Below are positions 35,781 through 45,598 of a DNA stretch of 64,000 nt, in pieces. The notes under the pieces are model-generated. The model was not told the DNA's origin. It searched no databases and worked only from the letters and a program-made list of their open reading frames with translations. Numbering within the stretch: position 1 is the first letter of the stretch; every line of letters begins with the position of its first letter. The stretch comes from Acetobacteraceae bacterium (GTDB lineage: Bacteria; Pseudomonadota; Alphaproteobacteria; Acetobacterales; Acetobacteraceae). The stretch spans positions 2,466 to 66,465 of the forward strand of contig JAIYCD010000321.1 in the NCBI GenBank assembly GCA_027488195.1. The letters run 5' to 3'. Both the position numbers and the translations under genes were made by a program.

Positions 35781-37766
35781 TCATTCGTCGCCCTCGACGA
35801 TGCGGAATTGCTGGCGGGGCGCGGCGCGGAGCGCGGAGAGGACGCGGTCCGCCTCCTCCTCCGCCTCGGGCTCGGCCCGGTGCAAGGCCTTCAGCGCCGC
35901 GTTGCCCGCGAAGATCGGCTGCACCACCCGGCTCTCCGGCGGCTCGGCCGCCTCGATCTTCGGCAGGCGCGCGGCCAGCTCGGCCAGGTCCATGCGGCCC
36001 TGGATCTCGCTCGCCTGGCGCGTCGCGCGCAGGAACTGCTTCCAGCGGCGGCTCTGCGCCTGGGCATCGGCCACGCTGTTGAAGCCGGCCGCTTCCAGGC
36101 ACTCGGCCGCGCCGCGGTAGCGGCCATCGGCGGCGTAGATGTGCAGGGGCTCGGCCAGCGCGTCCGGGTCGAAGCGGGCCACCACCTGGTTGCCGCGCTC
36201 GGTCAGCAGGAATTCGGCCCAGTAGCGGTTGCCATAGAGGTGAATGGCGCCGTCCTGGGCGCGCGGCTTCACCGCCTCGGCCGCCAGCAGCCAGAGGCGG
36301 CGCTGCTCGGCCGAGGCGCGGCGGATGGGCGAGACGGCGTAGGAGGCTTCGAAGGTCTCGTCGAAGCTGCGCCCGGCGCAGATGGGCGAGCGGCGGCCGG
36401 CGCGCGCATTGTGCTCGGCGATTTCCTCGCCGATCACGCGGAGGAATTCGTCCAGGGGCACGGCCGTCTTGCCGTAATTGTCCGGCTTCGTGGTCGGGCT
36501 GTTGCCGGTATAGGCGCCGGCGAAGGCCGGATGCTTGGCCGCACCTTGCGCCAGGTCGCGGAAGGCGCGCTCGATCGGCTTGGCCTGGCCGTGGTAGGGC
36601 GTGGTCCAGTGAACCTCGACGCCCATGGTGGTCATGAGCCCCTCGGGCTCCTCGTCCTTCACCTTGAAGCGGTAGCGGGTCTTCTGCCCGCCCGTGATGC
36701 GCTTGGCGGCGAACTCCCGGCCATTGTCGAGCCAGCAGAGGCGCGGAATGCCGAAGCTCTCGACCATGTCGCCGAAGGCCAGGCGCACGCCATGCCAGGA
36801 GAGGGACACGTCCACCCGCCAGGAGAGGATCTTGCCGGAGTAGAGATCCTGGAAGACCACCATGTGCGGGCGGCCGATGGTGCCGTCCGGCCAGCGCACG
36901 AAGACGTCCCAGGTGTGGCCATCGGCGTTGACCGCCTCCATGGCGTGGAAGACGCCGCGGTCGCGCTGCTGGGCCGGGAACATGCGGCGCAGCGCGTCCA
37001 CGCCCTGGCGCATCAGCACCCGCTGATGCCCGGGGATGTCCATCATGCGGCGATGGAGCGTGCGCTCGGCCGGGACCTTCCAGCCCTGCCGGGCGGCCTC
37101 GCGCAGCAGGCGCCGGTAGCAGTCGCTGAAGTTGGGTGCCTCGGGGCGCAGGAAATCGCCCTTCAGCATGGACCAGGCTTCGTCCGGCAGCTCGGCGGTC
37201 TCGCGCCCGCCGCCATGGCGCGGGGCCAGGGCGGGCAGCCAGTCCTCCCGCGCGATGCCGTGGGTGAGCTTCGCCCACTCATAGAGGCTGGAGAGCGCCA
37301 CCTTCTGTTCGGCCGCTATCATCTGCATGGCAGAGACGCGGCGCTCGCCGGCGCGGACCAGCGTCTCGACCGCGTCGAGCGCCTTCACGCGCGCCTCGGC
37401 CTTGGCCTTCTTCGTGCTGGGCTGGCGCGCATACCATTCCCACAGGCCCTCGGCCGCGGAGGTCTCAGGCTCCTGGGCTGCCTGGTGCTCGGCGAAGGCG
37501 AGCTTGGCGCGGGCGACCATGGGCAGGACGGCCAGGTGGTACTCGATGCCGCCGCCGCGCCCGGCGCGGAGCCGCCAATGCGTGCCCTCCCACGCCGGGC
37601 GCTGCCAGTCCTGGCGCTTGGCCATGTCCAGCACCTTGCCCTTGGTGGTGGGCATGCCCGGCAGGGCGAGCGCGGCGAGTTCGGCGGCGGAGAACCACTC
37701 GCAGGCGATGGCGCCGGCAGCGCCGGAGGCGCGCGAGGCGAAAGCCGTGCTGCCGTCGCGGGGCAT
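35781..37766 (-). CDS. MuA-like DDE transposase
   Basis: EWFSAAEL..LPGMP Mu DNA-binding domain; NADGH, LDNGREF, KPIERAF catalytic triad. Confidence 0.96.
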   Translation of the reverse strand: MPRDGSTAFASRASGAAGAIACEWFSAAELAALALPGMPTTKGKVLDMAKRQDWQRPAWEGTHWRLRAGRGGGIEYHLAVLPMVARAKLAFAEHQAAQEPETSAAEGLWEWYARQPSTKKAKAEARVKALDAVETLVRAGERRVSAMQMIAAEQKVALSSLYEWAKLTHGIAREDWLPALAPRHGGGRETAELPDEAWSMLKGDFLRPEAPNFSDCYRRLLREAARQGWKVPAERTLHRRMMDIPGHQRVLMRQGVDALRRMFPAQQRDRGVFHAMEAVNADGHTWDVFVRWPDGTIGRPHMVVFQDLYSGKILSWRVDVSLSWHGVRLAFGDMVESFGIPRLCWLDNGREFAAKRITGGQKTRYRFKVKDEEPEGLMTTMGVEVHWTTPYHGQAKPIERAFRDLAQGAAKHPAFAGAYTGNSPTTKPDNYGKTAVPLDEFLRVIGEEIAEHNARAGRRSPICAGRSFDETFEASYAVSPIRRASAEQRRLWLLAAEAVKPRAQDGAIHLYGNRYWAEFLLTERGNQVVARFDPDALAEPLHIYAADGRYRGAAECLEAAGFNSVADAQAQSRRWKQFLRATRQASEIQGRMDLAELAARLPKIEAAEPPESRVVQPIFAGNAALKALHRAEPEAEEEADRVLSALRAAPRQQFRIVEGDE

Positions 37767-38215
37767 CAGAGGCCACCTCCGGCGCGGGCCTGGCGGCGCA
37801 GCGCTTCCTTGGTGCGATGGAGTTCGTCGAGGCGTTCCTGCACCGCCGCCATCTCGATCAGCGGCAGGTGGCGGCGCTCGATCACGGCCCAGCCGAACAT
37901 CTCGGCCAGCAGCTCCAGCAGGCGGCGATCCCCCGTGGCCTGCACCAGCGCCAGGAAACGCGAGAGGCCGATGGGATGATCCTCGCGCGCGACGGAGGCA
38001 TAGGCGTTCAGCATGTTGGTAGTGACCTTCGTGCCCAGCCAGCCGCTCATCCGCGCGGCGATTTCCTCGCGGCTCAGCTTGCTGTCCTGCAGGGCGACGG
38101 AGACAGCGCGAGCGATGCGCGCTTCCAGCGTGGCACCGCGCACCGCTTCGGGCGCGAAGGCGGCCACCGGCTCGGGCGGCGTCCAGTCCAGCAGATCGGG
38201 CTGGCGTGCGGCCAT
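37766..38215 (-). CDS. Phage transcriptional regulator
   Basis: SREEIAARMSGWLG...MLNAYAS...HPIGL; conserved pre-transposase position. Confidence 0.75.
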   Translation of the reverse strand: MAARQPDLLDWTPPEPVAAFAPEAVRGATLEARIARAVSVALQDSKLSREEIAARMSGWLGTKVTTNMLNAYASVAREDHPIGLSRFLALVQATGDRRLLELLAEMFGWAVIERRHLPLIEMAAVQERLDELHRTKEALRRQARAGGGL

Positions 38216-38343
38216 CAGGCGGAGATGCCTTCCAGCGCCCAGCCGAGGATCACGATGGACCAGAGCAGGATGAAGACGCCGGCGGCGGTCGCGATGCCGC
38301 CGAGCAGCACCTGCCACCAGGGCATGATGCGCTCAGGCCGCAT
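38215..38343 (-). CDS. 42-aa single-TM protein
   Basis: Manual translation MRPERIMPWWQVLLGGIATAAGVFILLWSIVILGWALEGISA; TGATG coupling. Confidence 0.55.
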   Translation of the reverse strand: MRPERIMPWWQVLLGGIATAAGVFILLWSIVILGWALEGISA

Positions 38344-38596
38344 GGAGCTTGCCCTCGACCAGGTCGACCAGGTGCCGGATGCTCGGGCGCGAGTTCAGCG
38401 CGACGTCCAGCAGCTCGTCGCACCCGATGGTGACTGCGAACTCCTGCTCCAGTAGCTCTCCGAGCCGGAGCAAGCCTTTCCCGCCCAGGTAAAGCTCTTC
38501 GACGATCCCGGTGTCGCAATCAGCAGCGTCGACACACCCCACGGCGACAGCCCTGATGCAGGAGAGCGTGCGCGTCATGATCTTCGCCCGCGTCAT
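38333..38596 (-). CDS. Acyl-carrier-protein-like protein lacking the DSL serine
   Basis: DTGIVEELYLGGKGLLRLGELLEQEFAVTI aligns ungapped to AcpP [30 protein letters not shown]. Confidence 0.65.
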   Translation of the reverse strand: MTRAKIMTRTLSCIRAVAVGCVDAADCDTGIVEELYLGGKGLLRLGELLEQEFAVTIGCDELLDVALNSRPSIRHLVDLVEGKLHAA

Positions 38597-39474
38597 GCCG
38601 CCCGCCCGATCGCGCCCAGGACGCGATCCTCGTCGGACAGCTTGCCCTCCAGCAGCTCGACCGCCAGCGCCTGGGCGGCGGCGTCGCTGGTCATGAGGTG
38701 GCCCAGGAACATGTCCCGCGCGCGCTTGGGCGCCTTGCGCCAGGCCGTCATCAGCCGCGCCAGGTGCTCATCATCGGCCGAGCGTTGGGGGTTCAGCCGG
38801 GGCTCAGCCTCGGCCAGGGCGGCGGCGATGTTCCGGGCGGGATCCATCGGCCGGGTGAGCGCGGCCACCAGCTTGGCCCGCATGAGCGGCGCCGCCTTGG
38901 CCAGCGCGTCGAGCGTGGCGCCATGGTCGGCCCAGCGCGTGGCGGCCAGCTGGGCCCGCAGCTCGGGCTCGATCCGCGCGCGCATGAGGTAGGTGCGAAC
39001 CTGCCGGGGCGAGACGCCGATCTTCTTGGCGGTTTCGGCCGCGAAGCTCGCCTGGCCGGGCAAGTGGAAGTTTTCTTCCACTTGCTTCGAGCGGTCCCCG
39101 CCGTGGCGGGCCTGGGGGTGCAGCGCCTCGTAGAGCGCCTTGCGCTCGGCCAGGAAGACCGCGCGGTCCAGCTCGGAAAGCTCGCGGCGGAGGAGGTTCT
39201 CGTCCACCTCCAGCATGCGGGCTTCCAGCTCGCTGCCGGTGAAGACGATGGCCTGCAGGCTGGGCAGCCCGGCCACCAGGGCCGCCGCATGGCGATGGGC
39301 GCCGGCGATGAGCCGGTGCTCGCCCGCGGCATTTGGGGAGCCGACCTGGATGGGCGTGTGCTGACCGGTCTCGGCCATGGAGGCGGCGAGCAGCTGGACG
39401 TAATCTGCATCCACCGCGCGCAGCCGGTTGGCGACAAGGATGCGCCCGACCGGAATTGTGAGAATTTCAGTCAT
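38593..39474 (-). CDS. ParB N-terminal domain protein
   Basis: LAASMAETGQHTPIQV...LIAGAHR...EVDENLLR. Confidence 0.88.
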   Translation of the reverse strand: MTEILTIPVGRILVANRLRAVDADYVQLLAASMAETGQHTPIQVGSPNAAGEHRLIAGAHRHAAALVAGLPSLQAIVFTGSELEARMLEVDENLLRRELSELDRAVFLAERKALYEALHPQARHGGDRSKQVEENFHLPGQASFAAETAKKIGVSPRQVRTYLMRARIEPELRAQLAATRWADHGATLDALAKAAPLMRAKLVAALTRPMDPARNIAAALAEAEPRLNPQRSADDEHLARLMTAWRKAPKRARDMFLGHLMTSDAAAQALAVELLEGKLSDEDRVLGAIGRAA

Positions 39475-39476
39475 GT

Positions 39477-39785
39477 TCAGGCAGCCTTCCCGATTTGACG
39501 GTGTGCAGGACGCCGGGCCGGGCTATCGTCCGCGGCGATGGAGGGCGGCCTCCGGGTCCCCTCGGGGGTCCAGCGGTCCGGCCACAGGGCATGCGGGGTG
39601 ACGCCAAGCTCTTCCGCGATGCGGGCTTCCAGCCCCGGCCAGCATGAGCCGGGGTTGAGGGCCACGCTGATCGCGGAGGGGTGGTAGCCCCAGGCTTTGG
39701 AGAGGGCTTCCAGGGAGCGGTGCTTCTTTCGCAGCGCGCCCTTGATGTCCTCCCGATGCCAGCCCTGCGGCTGTTGCTTCGCCAT
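39477..39785 (-). CDS. ner: Ner-like transcriptional regulator
   Basis: GWHREDIKGALRKK...IAEELGVTPHALWPDRW. Confidence 0.9.
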   Translation of the reverse strand: MAKQQPQGWHREDIKGALRKKHRSLEALSKAWGYHPSAISVALNPGSCWPGLEARIAEELGVTPHALWPDRWTPEGTRRPPSIAADDSPARRPAHRQIGKAA

Positions 39786-39859
39786 CCACTCCAGCTCCTC
39801 GGTGCGGCACCCGCGCCGTTTGCGTTGGGTGCAATTTTCAAGTTCCTGAGACACAGACT

Positions 39860-39930
39860 TCGCCGCTTATGTCCTTTTCGTCAAGACGAAAATGGCGGCA
39901 CAGAATGGAATTGGCCGAAAATGTCCCAAG
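39860..39930. promoter_or_regulatory. Divergent ner/repressor control region with putative operators
   Basis: Inverted repeat TTTTCGTC-AA-GACGAAAA (39875-39892) overlapping TTGACG on the - strand; repeated CGAAAATG. Confidence 0.55.
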
Positions 39931-40700
39931 CCATTGAGAAGGCGCGCGAAAGCGGCGAAAACACGGATGAAGCCCCGCCGGCACAGTTCGAGGGGGCAAA
40001 CAGTGCCGCCGGCGGCCTGCATGAGCGCATTCGCAAGGCCGTTCAGCTGGCCGGCGGCTATAGCGCTGTGGCGGATAAGCCCGGCCTGCCCGGACGCACG
40101 CTCAGCCGCCTATTGGCGGGGCAAGAGCCGAAAATGTCTCATATCTTGGATCTGGCTTTAGCCGCTTCTGTCCGTGTCGAATGGCTGGCCACTGGCGCGG
40201 GGCCGATGCGCGCCGACGGCTCCGGCTTCGCCGAGGAACCAACCGCCTTTGCAGCTGCTGTCAGCCGCCCGGCACCCGGCGACGACGTGCTCATCTCCCG
40301 CTATGACGCCCGCGCGGCGGCTGGACTGGGTGCGACGGAGAATACCGGATATCCGGTCGAAAAAGTGTTGTTTTCCGGGGATTTCATCCGCAACAAACTA
40401 CGCCGGAAGCCTGAGAACCTGGCGCTGATCGAGTGCTGCGGGGACAGCATGGAGCCCGCTCTCCTCGACGGTGACGAGCTGCTGGTGGACACCAGCGCGA
40501 CGACGCTACGGCACGGCGCCATCTACATCCTGCGTGTCGGCGGCGCCCTGCTGGCCAAGCGCGTCCAGCCTCGATTGGACGGCACGGTGGCCATCCTGAG
40601 CGACAATCCGCGGTACCCGCCCGAGGTCATCAGCCCGTCTGAGGCGACGCCCCTCGACGTCGTCGGAGAGGTTCTGTGGCGCAGCGGTGCCCTCCGTTGA
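39921..40700 (+). CDS. CI-like repressor (HTH plus S24 peptidase)
   Basis: VEWLATGAG, AAAG cleavage site, GDSMEP, AKR; start codon uncertain. Confidence 0.9.
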   Translation: MSQAIEKARESGENTDEAPPAQFEGANSAAGGLHERIRKAVQLAGGYSAVADKPGLPGRTLSRLLAGQEPKMSHILDLALAASVRVEWLATGAGPMRADGSGFAEEPTAFAAAVSRPAPGDDVLISRYDARAAAGLGATENTGYPVEKVLFSGDFIRNKLRRKPENLALIECCGDSMEPALLDGDELLVDTSATTLRHGAIYILRVGGALLAKRVQPRLDGTVAILSDNPRYPPEVISPSEATPLDVVGEVLWRSGALR

Positions 40701-40759
40701 GAGCTGGTCTAGAGGCATGCCTGCGGTTCTAAGAGCCGCGCCAGAGGCGCCCGGCGCAT

Positions 40760-40925
40760 TTCCGATTTCAGATGGCGGAATCCATTTTTTCTGGCCGATT
40801 TCCGGAACTGCAGGCCTTGCCCACCTGCAGGCGCGCGACGGATGAAAACCAAATTTTTCCGGTATCTTATCCCGTATCGTCCCCGCTCATCCCGGATAGT
40901 CCCGGATTTCCGGTTTCAATTGTCG
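40760..40925 (-). repeat. Right-end putative transposase-binding sites
   Basis: Reverse complements CGACAATTGAAACCGGAA (40908-40925) and CGCCATCTGAAATCGGAA (40760-40777); weaker copy at 40857-40874. Confidence 0.75.
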
Positions 40926-41166
40926 GGTAACAGCGGAGATTGCCGCAATTGTTGCAGACCAGCGTGTAGACCGGGACGTGTGGCGGCGCTGAAGGAATGG
41001 TCCCAGCGGCATCGATCATGGGCAAGGTGACGGACCAGCCGGCGCCGCCCACCAGCGTCCAGCTATTCTCGCCGCAGGCCGCGCAAGGGCCCTGCGCGCC
41101 GCGCCTGGGCAGGAAGGCGTTGATCCTGTCCGCGTCGCTCTGCGCTTCGGTCTTGCCCTCGCCCAT
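40867..41166 (-). pseudogene. Host zinc-ribbon gene interrupted by the prophage; now ends in a phage-encoded tail
   Basis: CAACG...VCNNCGNLR, then phage-derived CYPTIETG...; native tail lies at 1341-1388. Confidence 0.85.
40933..40937. repeat. Right 5-bp target-site duplication GCGGA
   Basis: Follows the terminal CA; identical to 1389-1393. Confidence 0.9.
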
Positions 41167-41169
41167 GCG

Positions 41170-42774
41170 CTACATCCCTCCGGGATAATTGGGGCCGCCA
41201 CCCCCCTCTGGCGTCTTCCAGTCGATGTTCTGCGACGGGTCCTTGATGTCGCAGGTTTTGCAATGGACACAATTTTGCGCGTTGATGACAAGGGCCGGCT
41301 TGCCCTCCTCGACGCCGACCGCCTCATAGACGCCGGCCGGGCAGTAGCGGCTCTCCGGGCTCGCGAATCGTTCCCAGTTCTCGCCCAGCCACTTGCCGGG
41401 ATCGCGCAGCACCAGGTGGGCGGGCTGGTTCTCCTCGTGGTTGGTGTTGGACAGGAACACGGAGGAGAGGCGGTCGAAGCTCAGCACGCCATCGGGCTTC
41501 GGGTAGGCGATGCGCGGCGCATCGGCCGCGGGTTTGAGCTGCGTGTGGTCGTGATGGTGGCCCATGGTCCAGGGCGCCTTGCCCTTGAAGACGTAGGTGT
41601 CGAGTGCCGCATTCACCATGCCGCCCCAGAAGCCGAATTTCGCGAAGCCCGGGCGGATGTTGCGCACGCCTTCCAATTCGGACCAGAGCCAGGATTGCTT
41701 CAGCAACTCCGGATAGGTCCCGATCCCGCCGGCGGCGATGGCCTCGGCCGCCACCATGCCGGATTTCATGGCCAGATGCGTGCCCTTGATCTTGGGCACG
41801 TTCAGGAAGCCCGCCGTGTCGCCGATCAGCGCGCCGCCGGGGAAGGTGAGCTTGGGGATGGACTGGAAGCCGCCCTCGTTCAGCGCGCGCGCGCCGTAGG
41901 ATATGCGCTTGCCGCCGGCCAGCATGGGCGCCACCGCCGGATGATGCTTGTAGCGCTGGAATTCGTCGAAGGGGGAGAGCCAGGGGTTGGGATAGTCGAG
42001 GCCCACCACGAAGCCCACGCTGACCAGGTTTTCCCCGAACATGTAGAGCCAGGAGCCGCCATAGGTGTCGCTGGAGAGCGGCCAGCCGGCGCTGTGCCAG
42101 ATCAGGCCGGGCTTGTGATTCTCCTTCGGGATCTCCCACAGCTCCTTGATGCCGATGGCGTAGGTCTGCGGATCGCATTCGGCGCGGAGGTTGAAGGTGT
42201 CGAAGAGCTTCTTCGTCAGGCTGCCGCGGCAGCCCTCGGCGAAAAGGGTGGTGGTGGCGCGCAGCTCCATCCCCGGCTGGTAGTCGGCGCCCTTCGAGCC
42301 ATCCTTCACGATGCCCATGACGCCGGCGACGACGCCCTTCACCACGCCATCCTCGATGATCGTCTCGGAAGCCGCGAAGCCCGGGTAGATCTCGACGCCC
42401 AGCGCCTCGGCCTTGGCGCCCAGCCAGCGCGCGACATTGCCGAGGGAGACGATGTAGTTGCCCTCATTGTGCATCTGCGGCGGCGTCGGCAGCTTGAAGG
42501 CCTTCGTCTCCGTCAGCAGCATGAAGCGGTCCTCGCCGGCGGGCGTGGCCAGCGCCGGTGGGTCCTCGCGCCAGTCGGGGAGGAGCTCGTCGAGCGCGCG
42601 CGGCTCGAGCACGGCGCCCGAGAGGATATGGGCGCCGACCTCGCCGCCCTTCTCGACGACGCAGACGCTCATTTCGGGGTTGAGCTGCTTCAGGCGGATC
42701 GCCGCGGCGAGGCCCGCCGGGCCCGCGCCGATGATCAGCACATCGAATTCCATCGCTTCGCGTTCTTCGCTCAT
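41170..42774 (-). CDS. Electron transfer flavoprotein-ubiquinone oxidoreductase
   Basis: [42 protein letters not shown]. Confidence 0.97.
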   Translation of the reverse strand: MSEEREAMEFDVLIIGAGPAGLAAAIRLKQLNPEMSVCVVEKGGEVGAHILSGAVLEPRALDELLPDWREDPPALATPAGEDRFMLLTETKAFKLPTPPQMHNEGNYIVSLGNVARWLGAKAEALGVEIYPGFAASETIIEDGVVKGVVAGVMGIVKDGSKGADYQPGMELRATTTLFAEGCRGSLTKKLFDTFNLRAECDPQTYAIGIKELWEIPKENHKPGLIWHSAGWPLSSDTYGGSWLYMFGENLVSVGFVVGLDYPNPWLSPFDEFQRYKHHPAVAPMLAGGKRISYGARALNEGGFQSIPKLTFPGGALIGDTAGFLNVPKIKGTHLAMKSGMVAAEAIAAGGIGTYPELLKQSWLWSELEGVRNIRPGFAKFGFWGGMVNAALDTYVFKGKAPWTMGHHHDHTQLKPAADAPRIAYPKPDGVLSFDRLSSVFLSNTNHEENQPAHLVLRDPGKWLGENWERFASPESRYCPAGVYEAVGVEEGKPALVINAQNCVHCKTCDIKDPSQNIDWKTPEGGGGPNYPGGM

Positions 42775-42864
42775 CCCGGCCACCCTTCGCATCCAATTCC
42801 GTGGGGGGAGAACCTAGACGAGCCGCCGGTTTCGCGGAACCCGCATGACAAGGTAGAAGAGATC

Positions 42865-43689
42865 ATGGCGACCCCTCCCGACCATCTCGCGCTGCTGGCC
42901 AGCCTGCGCTGGCAGATCGCCATGGGCGCCGATGAGGCGATCCTGGAGGCGGCCGCTCCCCGCGCGCGCAGGCCGGCACCCGAGCCCGAGCGCCCGCCGG
43001 AAGCGGAGCCCTCCGGCAAGGCGCCCCAGCGCATCCCGGCCGCGCCGCGCAAGGCGACGCCGCATGGTGAAGCCGCGGCCGCCCTGGCCGCCGCGGCCAC
43101 CACCCTCGATGAACTGCGCGAAGCCATGGCCGGCTTCACCGGCAGCCCCCTGCGCGAGACGGCGACGAACCTCGTCTTCAGTGACGGCGTGCCGGGTGCG
43201 CCCGTCATGGTGATCGGCGAGGCGCCGGGAGCGGAGGAGGACCGGCTGGGCAAGCCCTTCGTCGGCGCCTCGGGCCAGCTGCTGGACCGCATGTTCGCCA
43301 GCATCGGGCTGAACCGCGCCGAAAGCCTCTACATCACCAACATCCTGCCCTTCCGCCCGCCCGGGAACCGCACGCCGACGGATGCCGAGATCGCGCTGTT
43401 TCTCCCCTTCGTGCTGCGCCATGTGGCGCTGGCGCGGCCGCGTTTCCTGGTGCTGGCGGGCGGCGTCGCGGCGAAGGGCGTTCTTCAGTCGCGCGACGGA
43501 ATCACGCGGCTGCGTGGTCGGTGGCACCAAGTATCAATACTTGACGGACAAGTATTGATGGCGCTTCCTACCCTACATCCTGCCTATCTCCTGCGCAGCC
43601 CCATCGCCAAGCGTGATGCATGGGCGGATCTGCTGCTGTTGCAGCGCGTCATGAATGATGGCGGGATTGGGGCAGCCGAAAAAGGTTAA
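42865..43689 (+). CDS. udg: Uracil-DNA glycosylase, family 4
   Basis: [29 protein letters not shown]. Confidence 0.93.
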   Translation: MATPPDHLALLASLRWQIAMGADEAILEAAAPRARRPAPEPERPPEAEPSGKAPQRIPAAPRKATPHGEAAAALAAAATTLDELREAMAGFTGSPLRETATNLVFSDGVPGAPVMVIGEAPGAEEDRLGKPFVGASGQLLDRMFASIGLNRAESLYITNILPFRPPGNRTPTDAEIALFLPFVLRHVALARPRFLVLAGGVAAKGVLQSRDGITRLRGRWHQVSILDGQVLMALPTLHPAYLLRSPIAKRDAWADLLLLQRVMNDGGIGAAEKG

Positions 43690-43781
43690 CGTCAGGATTG
43701 TCGAGCGCGAAACGGATAAATGCCGAGTCCGAAATCAACGCTTGATTTACCAGCGCGGGCTGGGCTACGGGTGCCACCGTC

Positions 43782-45593
43782 ATGCGAGCGCTGCGCCCCA
43801 TGGCCCGCACCCTGCCCGGCATTATTGCCGGGCTTCTCTGCCTCGGCGCCGGGTTCAGCCCGGCCACCGCCCAGCGGGCCCAAGACCAGACCGCCCCTGC
43901 CCAGGTGCGGACCCGAACGCCACCCGGCCCAGCCGTCGCTTCGGCGCTGCCTCAGCCCATGGGGCCGAACGATGCCGCGCGCATGCGCCGCGCCTTCGAG
44001 GCGCAGGCCCGCGGCGATGTGGCAACCGCCATCCGCGAGGCCGAGCGGCTGGATGACCGCCGGCTCATGGGCCACCTGCTGGCCGACCGCTACGGGCGGG
44101 GCGAGCCCACCCTGCACGAACTCCAGGCCTGGCTCGCCGATTTCGCCGACCTGCCCGATGCGCCCGCCTTGCACGAGGCGCTGCTCCGCCTGCTGCCGCG
44201 CGGCGCCGCCGCCCCCCCGCCGCCCAGCCAGCCCGACACCATGGCCGACCTCCTGCCTGAGGATCGCGCGCCGGCCGAGCCGAGCTTCACGCGGGATTCG
44301 GCGCTGGAACGCGCCGTCCAGGCCCGCATCAACGAGGGCAACCTGGATGCGGCGCTCGGCCTGATCCGCGCCCGCCGCGGGCTGAGCAAAGCCTATCTCG
44401 GCCATCTGAAGGCCGAGCTCGCGCAGTCGTTGTTCCGCCAGGGGCGGGACGCCGATGCCTGGACCATCGCCCAGGAAGGGCTGCGCCTCGCGCCCCAGAA
44501 TGCCCTGCTGGCCTATCAGGCGGGCCTCTCCGCCTGGGGCATGCAGAATTACGAAAGCGCCTACCACGCCTTCGAGCGGGCCGCGCGCAACGACCAGGCG
44601 CCGCCCACGCTCCGCGCCGCCGCCGCCTTCTGGACCGCCCGCGCCGCCGTCCGCGCCCGCCGCCCCGCGCAATACCTGCCCTGGATGCTCCAGGCGGCGC
44701 AGGAGCCACGCACCTTCCATGGGATGATCGCCCGCCGCAGCCTGGGCCTGCCGCCCGGCCTCGTGTGGGAGCGCGACGTCGCCAATGAATCCCGCGCCCA
44801 GGGCCTGGCCGAGACCGCCGGCGGCTGGCGTGCCTTGGCGTTGCTCCAGGTCGGCCAGCGCGAGCGGGCGGAGGCCGAGCTGCGCCTGTTGCAGCGCCGC
44901 ACCCGCAACAACCCGGCGGTGACGCAGGGCATCCTCGCCGTGGCACAGCAGGCCAATATGCCGGGCCTCGCCGCCCAGGTGGCGACGGCCGCTCAGCTCG
45001 AGGATGGCCGCGCCCGCGACGGCGCCCGCTACCCGCTGCCGGTGCTGCTGCCCAATGGCGGTTTCCGCATGGACCCCTCGCTGCTCTATGCGCTCGCGCT
45101 GCAGGAAAGCCGCTTCGACCCGAGTGCGGTCAGTCGCGCCGGCGCGCGGGGCCTGCTGCAGCTGATGCCCGCCACCGCGAGCTATGTGGCGAATGATCCC
45201 TCGCTGCGCGGCGAGGGCGTGGAGCGGCTGCATGATCCGGGCCTGAGCCTCGAGCTCGGTCAGCGCTATGTGCATTACCTGGCGCGGCACGAGGCGGTGC
45301 GGGGCGACCTGATCCGTCTGCTCGCCGCCTACAATGCGGGCCCGGGCAACCTCAATCGCTGGCTTCCCGCCGCGCAGCGCCGCGCCGACCCGCTGCTCTT
45401 CATCGAGAGCATCCCGGTGCATGAGACGCGCAGCTTCGTCACGCGCGTGCTGACCTTCAGCTGGATCTACGCCCACCGCCTGGGCCTGCCGACCCCCTCC
45501 CTCGACCAGATCGCCGGCGGCGGCTTCCCGAACTTCGCGGGCATCGAGGAAGTCACGGCGATGTTGCGCATGACGTCGACCCGGGCCAATTGA
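43782..45593 (+). CDS. Soluble lytic transglycosylase (SLT domain)
   Basis: Signal peptide; [26 protein letters not shown]. Confidence 0.92.
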   Translation: MRALRPMARTLPGIIAGLLCLGAGFSPATAQRAQDQTAPAQVRTRTPPGPAVASALPQPMGPNDAARMRRAFEAQARGDVATAIREAERLDDRRLMGHLLADRYGRGEPTLHELQAWLADFADLPDAPALHEALLRLLPRGAAAPPPPSQPDTMADLLPEDRAPAEPSFTRDSALERAVQARINEGNLDAALGLIRARRGLSKAYLGHLKAELAQSLFRQGRDADAWTIAQEGLRLAPQNALLAYQAGLSAWGMQNYESAYHAFERAARNDQAPPTLRAAAAFWTARAAVRARRPAQYLPWMLQAAQEPRTFHGMIARRSLGLPPGLVWERDVANESRAQGLAETAGGWRALALLQVGQRERAEAELRLLQRRTRNNPAVTQGILAVAQQANMPGLAAQVATAAQLEDGRARDGARYPLPVLLPNGGFRMDPSLLYALALQESRFDPSAVSRAGARGLLQLMPATASYVANDPSLRGEGVERLHDPGLSLELGQRYVHYLARHEAVRGDLIRLLAAYNAGPGNLNRWLPAAQRRADPLLFIESIPVHETRSFVTRVLTFSWIYAHRLGLPTPSLDQIAGGGFPNFAGIEEVTAMLRMTSTRAN

Positions 45594-45598
45594 TCGGC

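Larger units (their letters stand above)
1394..40932 (-). mobile_element. Mu-like transposable prophage (contractile tail), apparently complete, 39,539 bp
   Basis: TGTAG...TAACA termini, 5-bp TSD, MuA/MuB, Gam, GemA, Mor, Mu-type head and tail gene order. Confidence 0.95.

Noticed and set aside
35808-37979. Long + strand ORFs opposite phage and host genes (e.g. 723 aa here, 708 aa at 58330, the N-terminal part of the 808-aa ORF at 41263)
   Set aside because: Antisense shadow ORFs expected at about 70% GC; the opposite strand has clear family motifs.
38593-39474. ParB as evidence for a plasmid-prophage partition system
   Set aside because: No ParA or parS-like array seen; ParB-N proteins are common after ner in Mu-like phages, and the element is clearly integrated by transposition.
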